Shown here in pieces: positions 39,039 to 52,190 of a stretch of DNA of 64,000 nt. The position numbers and the translations under genes are program-made. The DNA comes from Podarcis tiliguerta (taxonomy: Eukaryota), in the NCBI GenBank assembly GCA_965153285.1, contig OZ229113.1. One strand, given 5' to 3'. The notes below the pieces were generated by a model. It made no database searches. It worked only from the letters and a program-made list of their open reading frames with translations, and was not told where the DNA came from. The stretch's first letter is position 1. Every line of letters begins with the position of its first letter.

Positions 39039-40931
39039 AAAATGAATATCCTCCCCAGTCTGAGGGCAGAGGGATTCAGGATCTTTGCCTCCAATCAAAT
39101 GCAGAGACTTTTCAACCTGTTTTAAAGATGGCATGATATCCAATCACATACTGCTGATCTCACCTGTGTTTCAGCCCCGATTGTGACTTTTCATTAGAGG
39201 ATTGAAAATTCCTTATTTTTGAATATTTGCTATTTCTTGAATATTTGATTCTAGTTTGCAATCCATATAAATGCATTAAGTACTTGTAATGACAAAAGGG
39301 CAGAAGTAACAACTGCTTTTGTACCCTCAACTCAGGAAAGAAATCTTAGCATTACTGTGTAGATGTCTTCCTAAATGCATTGATGCAAACAGAATTTCTA
39401 TCGATTATTAGGAACCGTCTAAACTATAGCTCAGAAAACTTCATAATTACAGTATGTAACTCTGTGTTGCAACCAGACCTTGAGGCGGACTAACTACATG
39501 ATTCTCAACATTCTGCCTTAATAAGGAAACAAGACAACTACAAAATCTTGCAACAATTATACTGCAGGTCTGGAATGTCTTCCACACAGAAGTTGGGGAA
39601 AGTATAAGGATTCATATTAGAAAGACTGAGGATGTTACAGTGATGTACAAAACTGAACTGGGAATCATATTTTATATAATACTAGAATGTTAGAACATTT
39701 TAATGAAGTCAGTATGCAACAGATCAGGCACAGACACACAAAGTATTTTCTACACACACAGCTCAAACCAGACCTGATTGCCTTCCTCTCACCATGGCCC
39801 TTAAAAGTGGGTGCTTGGTTGCAACATATGCCAACAATCATTAGGTGATCATTGCCGCTCCTTGTTTAGAATCCAAAGGCTTGTGATGCAGTTGGCACCA
39901 GTTTTTCTTCTTTTCGGCATTCAACCCCCCCAACCTTTTTGTACCTGTTTGTGTTAAGTAGTTGTGTGACATGACAGTCAAATAGTCGAGTGTTTTTATC
40001 AGAGTGAGTGAGGAGTTGAGAGATAAGGGGTGAAGGACAGTGCCGGGTTGAACCCTGTGGAGGCCCCTAGGCAGTTGAAATCTTGTGGGGGGGGGACCTC
40101 ACAGAGGATCTAATATGTTTATGATTTTGCCAACCAACAATTTTAATAAATAATTTTATTTCAAGTTTAAATCAATATTATTTTGATCCATTATCAAGGT
40201 GTGGAGCCCATAGCATACTCTGCCTATTTGGTAATCTGACACTAGTGAAAGAGGAGAGGAATGATGACTGAAGAAATAAAAAGTGGGGACAGGAAGATGG
40301 TGGAGTACAAAGAGATGTGCATGATGGGGAAGGAGAGAATACAGCTAATACTGAAGAGTCACAGAGAAAACGGTGATGGTGCAAAGGGCCAAAGAAAAGA
40401 GAAAAGGTGAATAGAAAAGCAACACATGAGGGAGACACAGAGGGCACAAGCAGCCTGTGGTAGTTCAGACAAAAATAGCAGGGCTACAGGATTCAGAGAT
40501 GGGGGTCCAGAGAGACCTGGGGTGGGGAAGGGGGTAATTGATAAAAGAGAGTGCAAACGTGTGGTGGCACTCCCCCCCCCCCGAAAAACAGTGCTTGTGT
40601 ATAAAGAGAGAAGGGTGGGGGGGAGAGGGTGAAGTGTGTGAGTTTCAGATGTGCAGGTACATTAGACAGTGTTATGGTGCAACAAGAGTTAATGGATAAT
40701 GGTTCAAAAAGAACTAAAATCATGTTTAGAATCCTAGCAAAAATACTCAATAAAAATGTTCGTAACACGAGCAATTTGAGTTGTGTTCTGCTCAGGACTG
40801 ACCACTGGAATTCAAAACTGCAAATCGGATGATGGTCAGGTCCAAACAGCCAGGTCCAGTAAAGAATTACAGTATCATTTGCTCTACTACAGGAAGCCAG
40901 GCTGCAGTCCTCTTTGCTAAATCTGCTACTT

Positions 40932-41020
40932 GGGCTGCAATCCTATTAACACTTACTTGGGAGGAAGGTTCGTTGATCTTAGTGGGGCTTATTCTGAATA
41001 GACATGCAAAGTATTATGCT
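40932..41020. mobile_element. ~90-bp palindromic MITE
   Basis: GGCTGCAATCCTAT..ACTTACT start; related copies at ~54744-54830, 55189-55277 and 60082-60170. Confidence 0.55.
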
Positions 41021-44000
41021 GTTACTGTGTGCCTGAACCCACATTCCTCCTGGTGTTTTAGAATGAAGAAAATGTGCTTCTTTGCAGTGCAGACCCTGAC
41101 CAGCTCAAACACACTTATTAGCAATACATAATGGCCAGATTACTGAGACTTTTTTCAGACTTATTCAGTCCCCTTCCCAGTTTTTGGTGGAAACCATATT
41201 TCCATGTGAACGCACACATGTCTACATCTAAAACAATGGAAAACTATGAAATATTATGGAATATACTGAGTGTTTGCTTTGGACATGTTATATGCAGTAT
41301 GAAAGAGTTATTAATGTTAAAGTGAGCTTTAAAATTCCTTTTTCAATAGTTTCTTTTGTTGATATTCAGCTAGAATTAGCTAAAATCCAATTGTATTAGT
41401 TTTTAAGCTAGCTGTGAACTAATTAGGAATAATTTTATAATGCACAACAAAGTCATTGTAGAAATAAGTTTTGGTTTTTTTTTTTAAAAAAAAGATATGT
41501 ATTGTCCTTGGGTGTTGTGTTGCATTATACTTTAAATAGAATGGACTGTGTGATGGTAATGAAAGTAACAGATTGATCTGTATTTGCAAGTTGGGAAGAG
41601 AGAAACTTTCACAATGTGATTCTTACAGAATTCTTTATGCAGGATAAAAAGATAATATATTCTGTTGTTTACATGGAAATTGATAATGAGTGTGATATAG
41701 AATTCCTAAAACATTCGTAATTTTGATTAGAACACTTATATTACTTTCTAAATTACAGTGAATCGTATCCCACACAAATTAATGCTTACATGAAATTGTG
41801 TCTTTGAACTAAGAGATGAGTTCTCTTATGCCATCATATGCCATCACTGAAGGTGATTATGAATATCAGTTGTTAAAAAACAGTATATAATTGTAAAAAA
41901 CTTTATGAGGATTGTTTTTTGAGCATGTTATGAAGATTAATTGTTGCCAAGTAATGAGGGAAAAAGTTACAAATATTAGTCAAGAGTGAAAATAAATTGA
42001 CCCACTGGAGTTAAGAAAAAACTGAATTTTATTTTCAATTCAACATCACCCATCATGAAGGAAATGTATAAAGCTAGGAAGGTTTAATGTTTTTCTTCAT
42101 CTCACAGCAGTTAGCTTAGGAAAAGGTCACGGAGCTTTCTTTCTTTTGGTGGGCAGCACAAGTTATTCTTATATTTTGGAAGGAGAGTTGAGAGGCCCAT
42201 GCCATGAATTATCTGATTTGTAAATTCCATCACCTTGTTCCGGACTGTGAGAAGATAAAAAGGCACATACCACTGGTTCTTCAGCCAGTCTCAGACTTTT
42301 TTCTTTTCTTTTTTTGGTCTTGAATTTAGTTTCTGTTTGGGTAAAACAGTTTGCCGTAATGAAGCAAAACAAAAGAGGCTCTCACACACTTTGGATTGCC
42401 AGTGTTTCTCTGTTGTAGCTTCTAAGAGCTGCCTATTCTTCCCGGCCCACTTGATATCCTGCAGGTTGTGGCAGAACAATTCACAGGAAAAGCTTACACA
42501 TTGAGCTTGCACGCTTCTTGACTCCATTCTAAACCCTTTGTTCACACCAGGGTGGCATTTTTTCACACAGCATGTGGCAGATTTGACTCCTCTCCAGCTT
42601 GTCTTATAAAATCAAAGTCTTCTTTAAAAAAAGATGGAGAGTGCGGCTCCTAGCCTCATCTAATCAAAATAGTTCTAATTAAAGATGTTTAAATTGCTCT
42701 GCTGAATTTGTAATAACCATACAGCAACAAAAGGTCAAGGGAAATAATAGAAACAGTCTTTAAACAAAAATGTTCACACTTCAAACAAGGAACTAAACAC
42801 TGGTTTCATATTTACTAACATAGCCAATAAATTGCAGAAAATATGCATTCTGAATTGTTATTAGCATGCAGGGCTACTATACAATAATGTAGTATTTAAA
42901 ATAATATTGTTTTGTAGACTACAGTATTTTCCTTAAAAAATGAGATGTTGATCTACAATACTGTTATGCAACCTAGCTAAGATATAGTGGCATCAAATTT
43001 TACCATGTAATTAATTTGTATGGTTAGTATAACATTCTGTTTTGTGAAACACTTTATTCAGATGCAATGATTTGCTACTAAGATTGCAGCTTTTAATGTT
43101 TTGTTTCATTAAACATAACTCGATAAAAATGAATAGTGCAGTCACAGTTTTCTAAAAGATACTATCTTAAGATTTAAATTGGAACCTTCTATTTTAGAAT
43201 CTTCATGGCAGCTAAATATTTAAAGTAAATATTCTAATAAGGGTTCAGTGAAGCATATAATGACTAAAATTCAAAATGAAATAAAAATGGCTGTACTCAG
43301 TTCTTTTTCTTTAACACGTACCTCTGAAATTGACACAGATGGACATTTTGTATGAAACAATTGTTTTCAGTTTATTTGTCTTTTGAGTTGACGCCTCTTG
43401 CTCTGTACTCACCATGATAAAATAGCTTGCATTTCACTATTTCTTTTCATCCTTGCGTATTCTATGAGAAAGGGCTGCAGAAATGTTGAATTATGCCATG
43501 GCTGTTATTAAAAGGGATATAGGCAGTTTGATATTATAGATATTTGAAAGTAGTGCTTCAATAGTATCGTATATATATTGTTCTGAATAGTTTTTTGTAG
43601 TGACAGATTATAGAATGGCATTTTTTCTTGGTAATAAAATTAGGGGATGTAACTCAATGGACAGCATCTTCCTTCAGATGTCTGGACTAATATTAATTCA
43701 AATGTTAATTTAATCTTCAATAATCTCATATGTGGACAAACAAGTTGCTAAAATGTGTAGCATGCTGTTCAGAACTGAAACTGGGTGGCATGTCATTAAG
43801 TATGAAACAAGTAAAGATAGAGCTATACTATAGAACATTTATTATTTAAAACATTTCTTATTTCGATTAAGAAACCATTTTTCATCCTTACAGTCCTTTA
43901 GAAGTATTTTATAATGTATACAATAATGAAGAAAACCTGTAACAAGAATCTAATGTGTGCTTTCGCCCTAAACTGTTTTGGGGTATTACCATTTAAGATT

Positions 44001-45960
44001 CTCTGTATTCTGTTTTAGCTTAAATAATATCTTGCTACACTGTTTTGTGGCAAAACTGTAGCAACAATGACTAACATATAAAATGCACCTATTTGTTAAT
44101 CAAGATATATTTGCATCAAAGAAAATGAAAATGTAGAAAAAGCAAGGGTTTATTATGTTTACTTGTTAAATAACTATGATCATAATAAGTAATTAATTTT
44201 CTCAAAATGTACTTTAAAAAAGAGAGAAGTGAAATGAGCAAAAGAGAATATTAAAATGAATTAGTTAAACAATTTACAGTTTAAACCATTCCCCCCTGAA
44301 AATTTCAAAAATGCAAGTAAAATAAATATGTAGTTATATGTATATAATGTGTTTTGGTTCTAATACATTTGCCTGTATCTGGTAAAACAATTATTCTAGT
44401 AAGTATTTTCTAATTTTAACTTCTCCAGCATCTGATAAAGCAAAGTATAGCAGGAAGATTAACAAATGAAGTTCTATGAAGCCAGATAAGTTTAGTAAGT
44501 GTATTAAAATAAGGTACCTACTTTCACAGAACAAATTTACTGAAGAAATAGCGTGATCTCATTTCATTAAGGTTCTGTCAAATGAAGAAGAAATATAAGA
44601 CAAACATTCATCATTATCCACTCCAGAAAATCCGAGCTCATATTGCTTTGCATTGACTGTTTCTCTTCAGACTTTCTTCAAGTTAGCACTTCTTCCAGTA
44701 CGGAGAAATCCAAAATCTTCAGCAAAATCCTATTTAGGTTTACATTGCCTTTCCAGTTTGTGGCCTGTCCTTATATTATTGGAATCAAAGTATACTGTCT
44801 CTTCTAAAATTCTCCTTGGAGTAATCCTCTTCTATTTAAGTCTGGATGAAAAGAGTATTCATTGTGAATTATGTTTCATCTGTCACAATAACCTTCTTTA
44901 TTCTTTAGTGCACCTCCCCTTTGCCTTTGGCAATTAGAGAAAATAGGTATGTCTTCCAAGTACAGAGAAACTGATATCTCAAAACATACACAGATACTGG
45001 TGTCATATATAGACAGTTCTTGCTAAGCAGCAGTCTGAAGAATATATAAGCCCTTTTTGATTCCGAATTTTATTAGACCGGAGTAGAGGCAAGCATACTT
45101 TACAATGAACAGATCCTGATAGTTGTCAGGGGGTTAACTTTCCCATCCTTTTTTTGACAGCCAGTGGTCATAGAGATTTGGTCACAGTATTTGAGGATGA
45201 GCAAAACATGATTATCAACAGATTTCAGAATACGTCACTTTATGTGCTTTGGGGACTGAAGATTGTTGGTTTGTTTTCCTTTTTAAATTAAATATATTTG
45301 AATGCTTGGTTTGGTTTCGAAACATTTATACATAACTTTCACAGGGTTTGTCTGTCTCTCTCTCCCCCCCCACCTCTTATGAAATATATTCTTTCAAATA
45401 AAAAATATGTTTGGTAGCCATTTTACTGAAGAGGGAACATTTCCATTATTTTCAGATCAAAGTTTCATTGACTTTGTGGTAAGAGAGATTAAGCTATAGT
45501 TCTCTTTTTTTACACATTTCTGAAAAATGATTTTTTTTCTTCCGTTTTAAAAAAGGCAACACTTTTTCTTACTTTGTCTCTCTGAACGTGAGATGTGCTT
45601 CATTTATTTCTGCATCAAATTAGCTTTATTACTTGTAATAGCAATCAAAGCATCAACAGTGTGATTTTAACACACTTTGGACTGCTCACGATCACTCAGT
45701 TTTTACAGCCTTAAATCATCGATATCCAAGTACTGTGCTGAGGAGTGAACCTTAACTATGACTATGTGGAAGAAAATGACTTTAAAAGCTGAGGAGAAGA
45801 AAGGTGATGGTTGACGTAGCCTGAGAATAACGATTGTGGTTTTACAGAAGAAGCATAACATCAATATATAACTGGATAAAATAAATGAGAAACAGATATC
45901 TAATGAAGAACACTACTTGGGAGTAAAGGAAACAGTTTGGCCCTTTGCACAGGTTTGGGC

Positions 45961-46108
45961 NNNNNNNNNNNNNNNNNNNNNNNNNNNNNNNNNNNNNNNN
46001 NNNNNNNNNNNNNNNNNNNNNNNNNNNNNNNNNNNNNNNNNNNNNNNNNNNNNNNNNNNNNNNNNNNNNNNNNNNNNNNNNNNNNNNNNNNNNNNNNNNN
46101 NNNNNNNN
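45961..46108. other. Assembly gap (148 N)
   Basis: Run of N. Confidence 1.
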
Positions 46109-46298
46109 TTGCACGGCTGGTGGTGTGGCACAGACGGAGCAAGGGTTACATCAAGGCTGTTCTCTGGACCGTGCAAACAGTCTAGACCGATGACCTGCAG
46201 CATCATGCCCTTTGAAGAAGAGACAAGTTCGGTCACGACGGAGAAAAATCAAGGCGTACCTCTTTTAACAATAGGGAGCAGCTCGTGGCTGCAAAGAG
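46109..46298 (+). other. Candidate alternative first or internal exon (5' end hidden in the gap)
   Basis: 9 CpGs in ~180 nt of non-repetitive sequence; donor GAG|GTAAGG at 46298/46299; strand is ambiguous (see findings). Confidence 0.4.
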
Positions 46299-48834
46299 GT
46301 AAGGAGGGGTAAGGCAAAAAAAAAAAAAAATGGAAGAAAGAAAGAAAAAGAAAGAAGGAAGAAGCATCTGCTTCCATGGTTACAGGCCAACTATGAGAAC
46401 CTTGCTTTTAAGAGAGATGGTTCTCATGCTCCCTCACAGCCCATGTCATGCATTATAAGCAAAGGCAGGTTGAGCTGAGATCCGCATAGATATTTCAGAG
46501 TAAAATGATACGCGAGCACATGGCTCTTAGCAAAAAAAAAAAAAAGTCACATGACTTAAGAAGCAGGCTTGTGCTGTTTCAAAGAGAGGACTTCTTTTTT
46601 TCTTACCCAAGAGTAGATGGAGAAGAGTGTTTGTACAAAACAAACATTCATATGATATGTAATATTTTCAGTGTTCTTATTCTGTTAACTGAGACAAGGT
46701 CAAGGGTTAAGGGTTTTTTGTGTGTGAAAGGGCCACAAGCCCTTTTGTTAAGAAAGCTTTAGTGAATGCCTAATAAGATTTTGCTTTTCTTTCAATCTAA
46801 ACTATTATTATAAGTTTGATGAGCATGAAAATACTTAATCTCTACCACTCTGAATGGATTTTCTTCTTAAGATTTTTTATTATTATTCAGAACGGAGGTA
46901 GTTTCGTAATGTTTACTTGTCCAAAACATCTTCAGTTTATTTACTTATTTTGTCAACCTTGATGTTCCTAAAATGGTTTGCAGAATGGATACAGCGTTGT
47001 TTTAATTGCTTTAAATCTACAGTTAATGGTTTTTCTTTTTATAAAGAAAATGTAAATGTTGTTTTCTCAAGAATAAGGTATATATTTTTGGACAGCCATG
47101 TGTGAGTGATAACAGTATGTTCATTTAAAATATTAACTATTTTTTACCCTTGTGGTATCTGACATATTTAGAGTACTAGAACACCGTTAGCAAAATATTA
47201 TTTTAATTAAGCATCTATTTTTTCCTGTGGAGTCACACAACTGGGAAAATGACTTGGTTACCAAAACCTGTAAGGTCATGTTTATAATACGGAAATATTT
47301 GTGTTGGATAATATATAATATATTGGGTAATATAGATTGTATATATTGGATAATATAGATTCTATTGAGTATCTGTAAAGTTTGTACAAATATGTACATC
47401 ATTATTTTGCTGTTATTTGTTCATGACAGTGTTTTATGGAATGCATAATTATAGAATTTAAATTAAAGTGATTAATATTTAGTAAAACACTATCATTTCT
47501 CAAGATACATGATAAAGTATTAAAACTGGGAGCTCCATGGTGTGTGTTTGAAAGTAAGAATGCTTGGATGGCAATACAGTTAGTTGAATAATGATAACAC
47601 CATGCTTTTCAAGGAGAGGGGGAGTCTTTTAGTATATCATTTGGAACAGGAGGAAGTAAGAGGACTGGACAAAACAAATATATCCAAACACTTAGGAGAA
47701 ATCTAAGTGTAACATAAATGTTAACAATTGTCATGTTGTCTTTAAAAAAGAAACCATTGGTGTTCATCAGATAATTTATGGTATATATATTAATTATTAA
47801 GTTCTCCTTATGATTTCAGGTTTTTCAGATTCAACTTAACTTAATTAGTTTGAGCAAGGTTTTTATTTTTAATGAGACTTAATGATACTGATATACCGTA
47901 TTATACTAATTATGGGATAATGCTCTATTCCTTATGTAACCAAGAAACAATAAACTTAGATTTTATACTGATTGTTACGAGATACTTCTAATTTTTCATC
48001 CCCACAATACAGCACCAAATAACTATATATTTGCAAACATAAAAATATGCTTACTGTCAGTGATGCATGTACCATGCTTACTGTTCAGCTGAAGCCTTAT
48101 ACGGTTGTATTTATTAGTTCCAAATAAAGAATCTTTAGACAAAAGACTGCACGTGAAGTATATTGCCTGTAGATATTTTTTAAAAACTAATTTGTATGCA
48201 GCCAAATGCAAGGTTTATATGATTTGTGTTGTGTTTGCTTTAAGAACAGGGCTTCATTTTCCTTTTTTTAAAAAAAGACAGAACCTGGTGCTGCTATAAT
48301 GTTGAGCAGTGATTTAGTATTGTAGTGCATATACATATATAACTTTTAGCAAGACTCAAACCATAAACATGACCCCCCCCCAAAAAAAAAATTGATACAC
48401 ATTCTTAAAACTTTCAAGTCATTGGAGGACATGAGGATATTTATGTGTATGGGACTTCTTGTGCTGTGTATACTCTTTCAATCCATCCACATTCTTCTGC
48501 CATACTATATCCTCCGGATATTGATATCTTTGATCCATGGAGTAGCTTCATTGTTTATATCAATGTGTTATGAGGGACTTTAGATCAACAGTGTCGTAGA
48601 ATGATCACTAGTGTGGGCGCGGTGATCTCCAAGCTTCATAGTAATGAATTGTAATTGGCCAATTAATGTGCTCTAGGGTAGGTGAAGAATGCAGTTTATT
48701 GCAGTGTACATATTTAAAAAATTTTCTCAAAATATGTAATCATAACACACAGCCTAGCTACATATTACACTTTCATGGTTTGATATTAGGTGGAATTTGA
48801 TGAACAAGGTGACAAAGGGTAAATTTCATTCAGA

Positions 48835-49165
48835 GGACCCGTTTGCACTAAACAGTTAAAGCAGTGTCATACCACTTTAAGCAGTTATAGCTTACTCCAA
48901 GGAATCCTGGGAACTGTGGTTTGTTTGTGCTGAGCAATGTCAGGAGACCCATATTCCCCTCACAGGTCTACAATTCCCTTAGAGGTTTAACAGTCAATAA
49001 ATCTTCCCAGGGAACTCTGTGAATTGTAGCTCTGCGGGGGGAACAGAGGCCTCCTTACGACTCTCAGCATCCTTAACAAACTACACTTCCTGGGATTTTG
49101 TGGGGGAAGGTATGACAGTTTAAAGTGGTATGATACTACTTTAATTGTGTAGTGTAGATTGGACC
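48835..49165. mobile_element. Long palindromic MITE, PIF/Harbinger-like
   Basis: Long inverted arms (TCATACCACTTTAA / TTAAAGTGGTATGA); 3-bp AGA on both flanks. Confidence 0.8.
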
Positions 49166-49307
49166 AGACGTCTCAGCTACTGCTGGTGTATTATACGTCT
49201 CACACTGCTAGTGTATTATAAGGGGGCTCTGTGCTGCAGCACATCATCACCTCCCTAATTTGAATGCTCCTGTTCAAGATTCCAGATAGCTATGCCCACC
49301 TTTAGAC

Positions 49308-49904
49308 CATAGCTGTCAACTTACAGATTTGAAAATAAGGGGCCAGCAGCCTTGAAAATAAGGGACCAGCAGCCAAAATAAGGGACCTGCGGCTTCACCT
49401 GTTCCAGGCACTCCAGTCTTCCTGTCATCCTGCAGTCTGGTCAAACTCATGCTGGTAGCTTCGAGAACACTGTCCAACCAACTTTGTAACCAGAGGTTCA
49501 ACTGAATAGAATCTGAATCACATGCACCACAAGGCCTATGCAGCCTCAACTTAAGATGGCTCCCCGGCCTGGCTTTGCACTGCAAAGTTTGCAGCAGCAC
49601 GTGCAACAAAATGGCGTCCAGCATTCAAAAAACCTCTCAGCTTGCATTAACTAGCCACACACAAGGCATGCAAGCTCCACTCCCCCCAGTCGTTCTTAGA
49701 CTTCTTATTGGGTGAGCAACACAGCCAAGCAACACAGTTGGAGCCTCCCTCCTCCCTGGCCGGCAGGGAGGGAGGGAGAGGAGCTGCTTCCTTTGAAATT
49801 TAAGGGACATCATTTAAGGGACATCTATCAATAAGGGACAGCACCGGGACATGGCGCTGGAATAAGGGACTGTCCCTTCAAATAAGGGACATTTGACAGC
49901 TATG
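49308..49904. mobile_element. Non-autonomous hAT element, 597 bp
   Basis: Perfect 12-bp TIR CATAGCTGTCAA / TTGACAGCTATG; 8-bp TSD CTTTAGAC / CTTTGGAC; subterminal AATAAGGGAC repeats. Confidence 0.92.
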
Positions 49905-50885
49905 CTTTGGACTACTAAAATGCAAAGGGCTCAAGCAGGGCATTTTACTCTCCTGGCTTGGTCCCCCCCCCCCCCGATTTTCTCAACATTTTATGGTTGC
50001 TTGACATGTTCAGTTCCTATTTCACAGTTTTAAGGGGATTTGTTCCTGGAACTTTTTCTTACTAAATTATTTTTGTAGTTCTGGAAACCTTGGGGTGGAA
50101 ACCTGCTGATATTTCCCTCTTGTTTCTTTGACACCCTAATTTGGATTCAATCCTTCTGGCACTCACCCCTTAAGTTTGCTGTTAGAAGAGGGATGTACCT
50201 GGGCTCTCTGTTTCTGGAAACAATTTGGAAGTGTTAGGGGATCCCTAGCAACCATTGGCATGCTTTCTCTAGTTTTCAGCTCCTCTCAAAAATGGGAACT
50301 ATTATTATCTCCAGCCAGCAATGAGGAAAAGGTTGGAGAGGTACCCTAGAAGATTACCACATCAAGAAGAGTCTGAAAGGAGTTCTACTTTTAAGAGTTG
50401 AATATGAACTAACATTCCATGAACTGCAGAGTAGTTGTAGAGAGAAACAAGTGATGAAAACTAGTCTTCAGTGAAAGTCTATTGTAGCCAAAGAGAGAGG
50501 AGTTCCTGGCAAGTATGCCTAAGATTTCAGCCTTAATCTTTCAGTTTTTGCCTTTCTTTTTGTAATGTGAAAACAGTAGCAGCACCTTTCTAGTTTGGCC
50601 ACATTGTTTGGAAAAATGCTTAGGTCTTAAAAGTCCTATGAGTTCTTCCCTGACAACAGAGCTGCCTGCCCTCAAGCCCGTAAAGCAGTTTTCATGGCTG
50701 AGTATCCCGCAGCACCACATTTCTTTCTAGAGAACCCACTTGACCTAGTTTCTATCACTATATTATTTACTTTTTTTATTAAGCATGCTTAGCAAAATAC
50801 AGACCTTGTTGTTAGAACCAAGTCAAAAACAACAAGTAGGCACATTAATGGTACAAAGTGTTTATTTATTAAATTGTACTTAGCA

Positions 50886-51580
50886 TCATAGAATCATAGA
50901 TTTGTAGAGTTGATAACACAGGGTCATCTAGTTCAACTCTTGGCAATGCAGGAATCTCAACTAGATTATACATGACAGATTGTCATCCAAGCTTTGCTTA
51001 AAAACCTCCAAGGAAGGTGAATTCACCACCTCTTGTGGAAGTCTGTTCCATTACTGAATAGTTCTTACTGTCAGAAAGTTCTTCCTGATGTTTAGTCGGA
51101 ATCTCCTTTCTTGTAATTTGAAGATCCTAGCCTGTGGAGCAGGAGAAAACAAGCTTGCTCCATCCTTCATATGACAGCTCTTTAACTATTGGAAGATGAC
51201 TATCCTATCTCCTTTCAGCTTCTCTGCAAGGCAGTCATGGGGAACTTCGTCAACAGTCTTACTGAACTCAAGATATACTATGTTCACTGCTTTCTCCTGA
51301 TCCACAAAAATAGTAACTATCAAAAAGAAAAAAAGAAATGACTGGCATGACTTGTTTTTGAGAAAGCCATGCTGGGTCTTAGTAATCACAGCATCTTTTT
51401 CTAAGTGCTCAAGGACTGACCCTTTCATTATCTGCTCTAGGACATTTCTTGGTATCGGTGTCAAGCCCCCAAGTCGGTAGTTGCCTGGGTATTCTTTTCC
51501 CCCTTTTTGAAGATGGGCACAATATTTGCCCACCTCCATTCTATAGGGACCTTACCTGTTCTCCAAGAATTCTCAACAAT
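50886..51580 (-). mobile_element. CR1 LINE fragment (ORF2 RT plus 3' end) with internal deletion
   Basis: ORF 51186-51539: PGNYR, QHGFLKNKSC, VYLEFSKTVDEVPH; CATAGAATCATAGA terminal repeat. Confidence 0.9.
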
Positions 51581-51784
51581 AATAGACAGATACTGCAATT
51601 ACATGCGGATGGGGTTTCTGTTACTTGCCTTTGTGTATGACAGCTGGTAACACTCTATCCTTATGATGATGTATGATTGGACAGTAAACTAATCAACTAT
51701 CCTTTGTCATTGGTAGTAGACTGGGAGCAATAGAATACAAATTAGGGAGATCAGAAGGCCTCCATCATATGCCAATATAATAAT

Positions 51785-52190
51785 GTTTTATAAATCTGTG
51801 GCATGGCCACACTTGGACTACTAAGTACAGTTCCAGTCAGTTCATCTCAAAAAGGACAGTATGAAACGGGAAAAGGTTCAGAAAAGGGCAACCAAAATGA
51901 CTGGAGCAACTCTTTTCATGAGGATTTTTAAAAAAATTTAAAGGGTGAGCTTGGGGGAAGGAATGATCGTGCATAGTGTAGAGAAGTGAATTGAGGAAAG
52001 TTTTCCTCCCTCATAATATTGGAACCCAGGACTGTTGAACATTGGAAGATTTGGGGCACACAAAGGAGGTCCTTCATACAGTACAAACAATGAAATTTGC
52101 TCCCGCAAGATGTAGTTATGGCCACCAACTTGGCTGGCTTTAAAAACAGGTTAGACAAATTGATGGAGGGTAAGGCTATCAGTGGCTACA
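51785..52190 (+). mobile_element. Old CR1 LINE 3' fragment
   Basis: CCACACTTGGACTAC..CATCTCAAAAAGGAC..GAAAAGGTTCAGAAAAGGGCAACCAAAATGA (EKVQKRATKM motif); GGTTAGACAAATT..GGCTATCAGTGGCTAC 3' region. Confidence 0.75.

Noticed and set aside
45842-46312. ORFs spanning the N gap
   Set aside because: Their length is an artefact of translating N
48835-49165. Long hairpin as a miRNA precursor
   Set aside because: Explained by a palindromic MITE with TSD; I recognised no conserved mature miRNA anywhere in the window by eye
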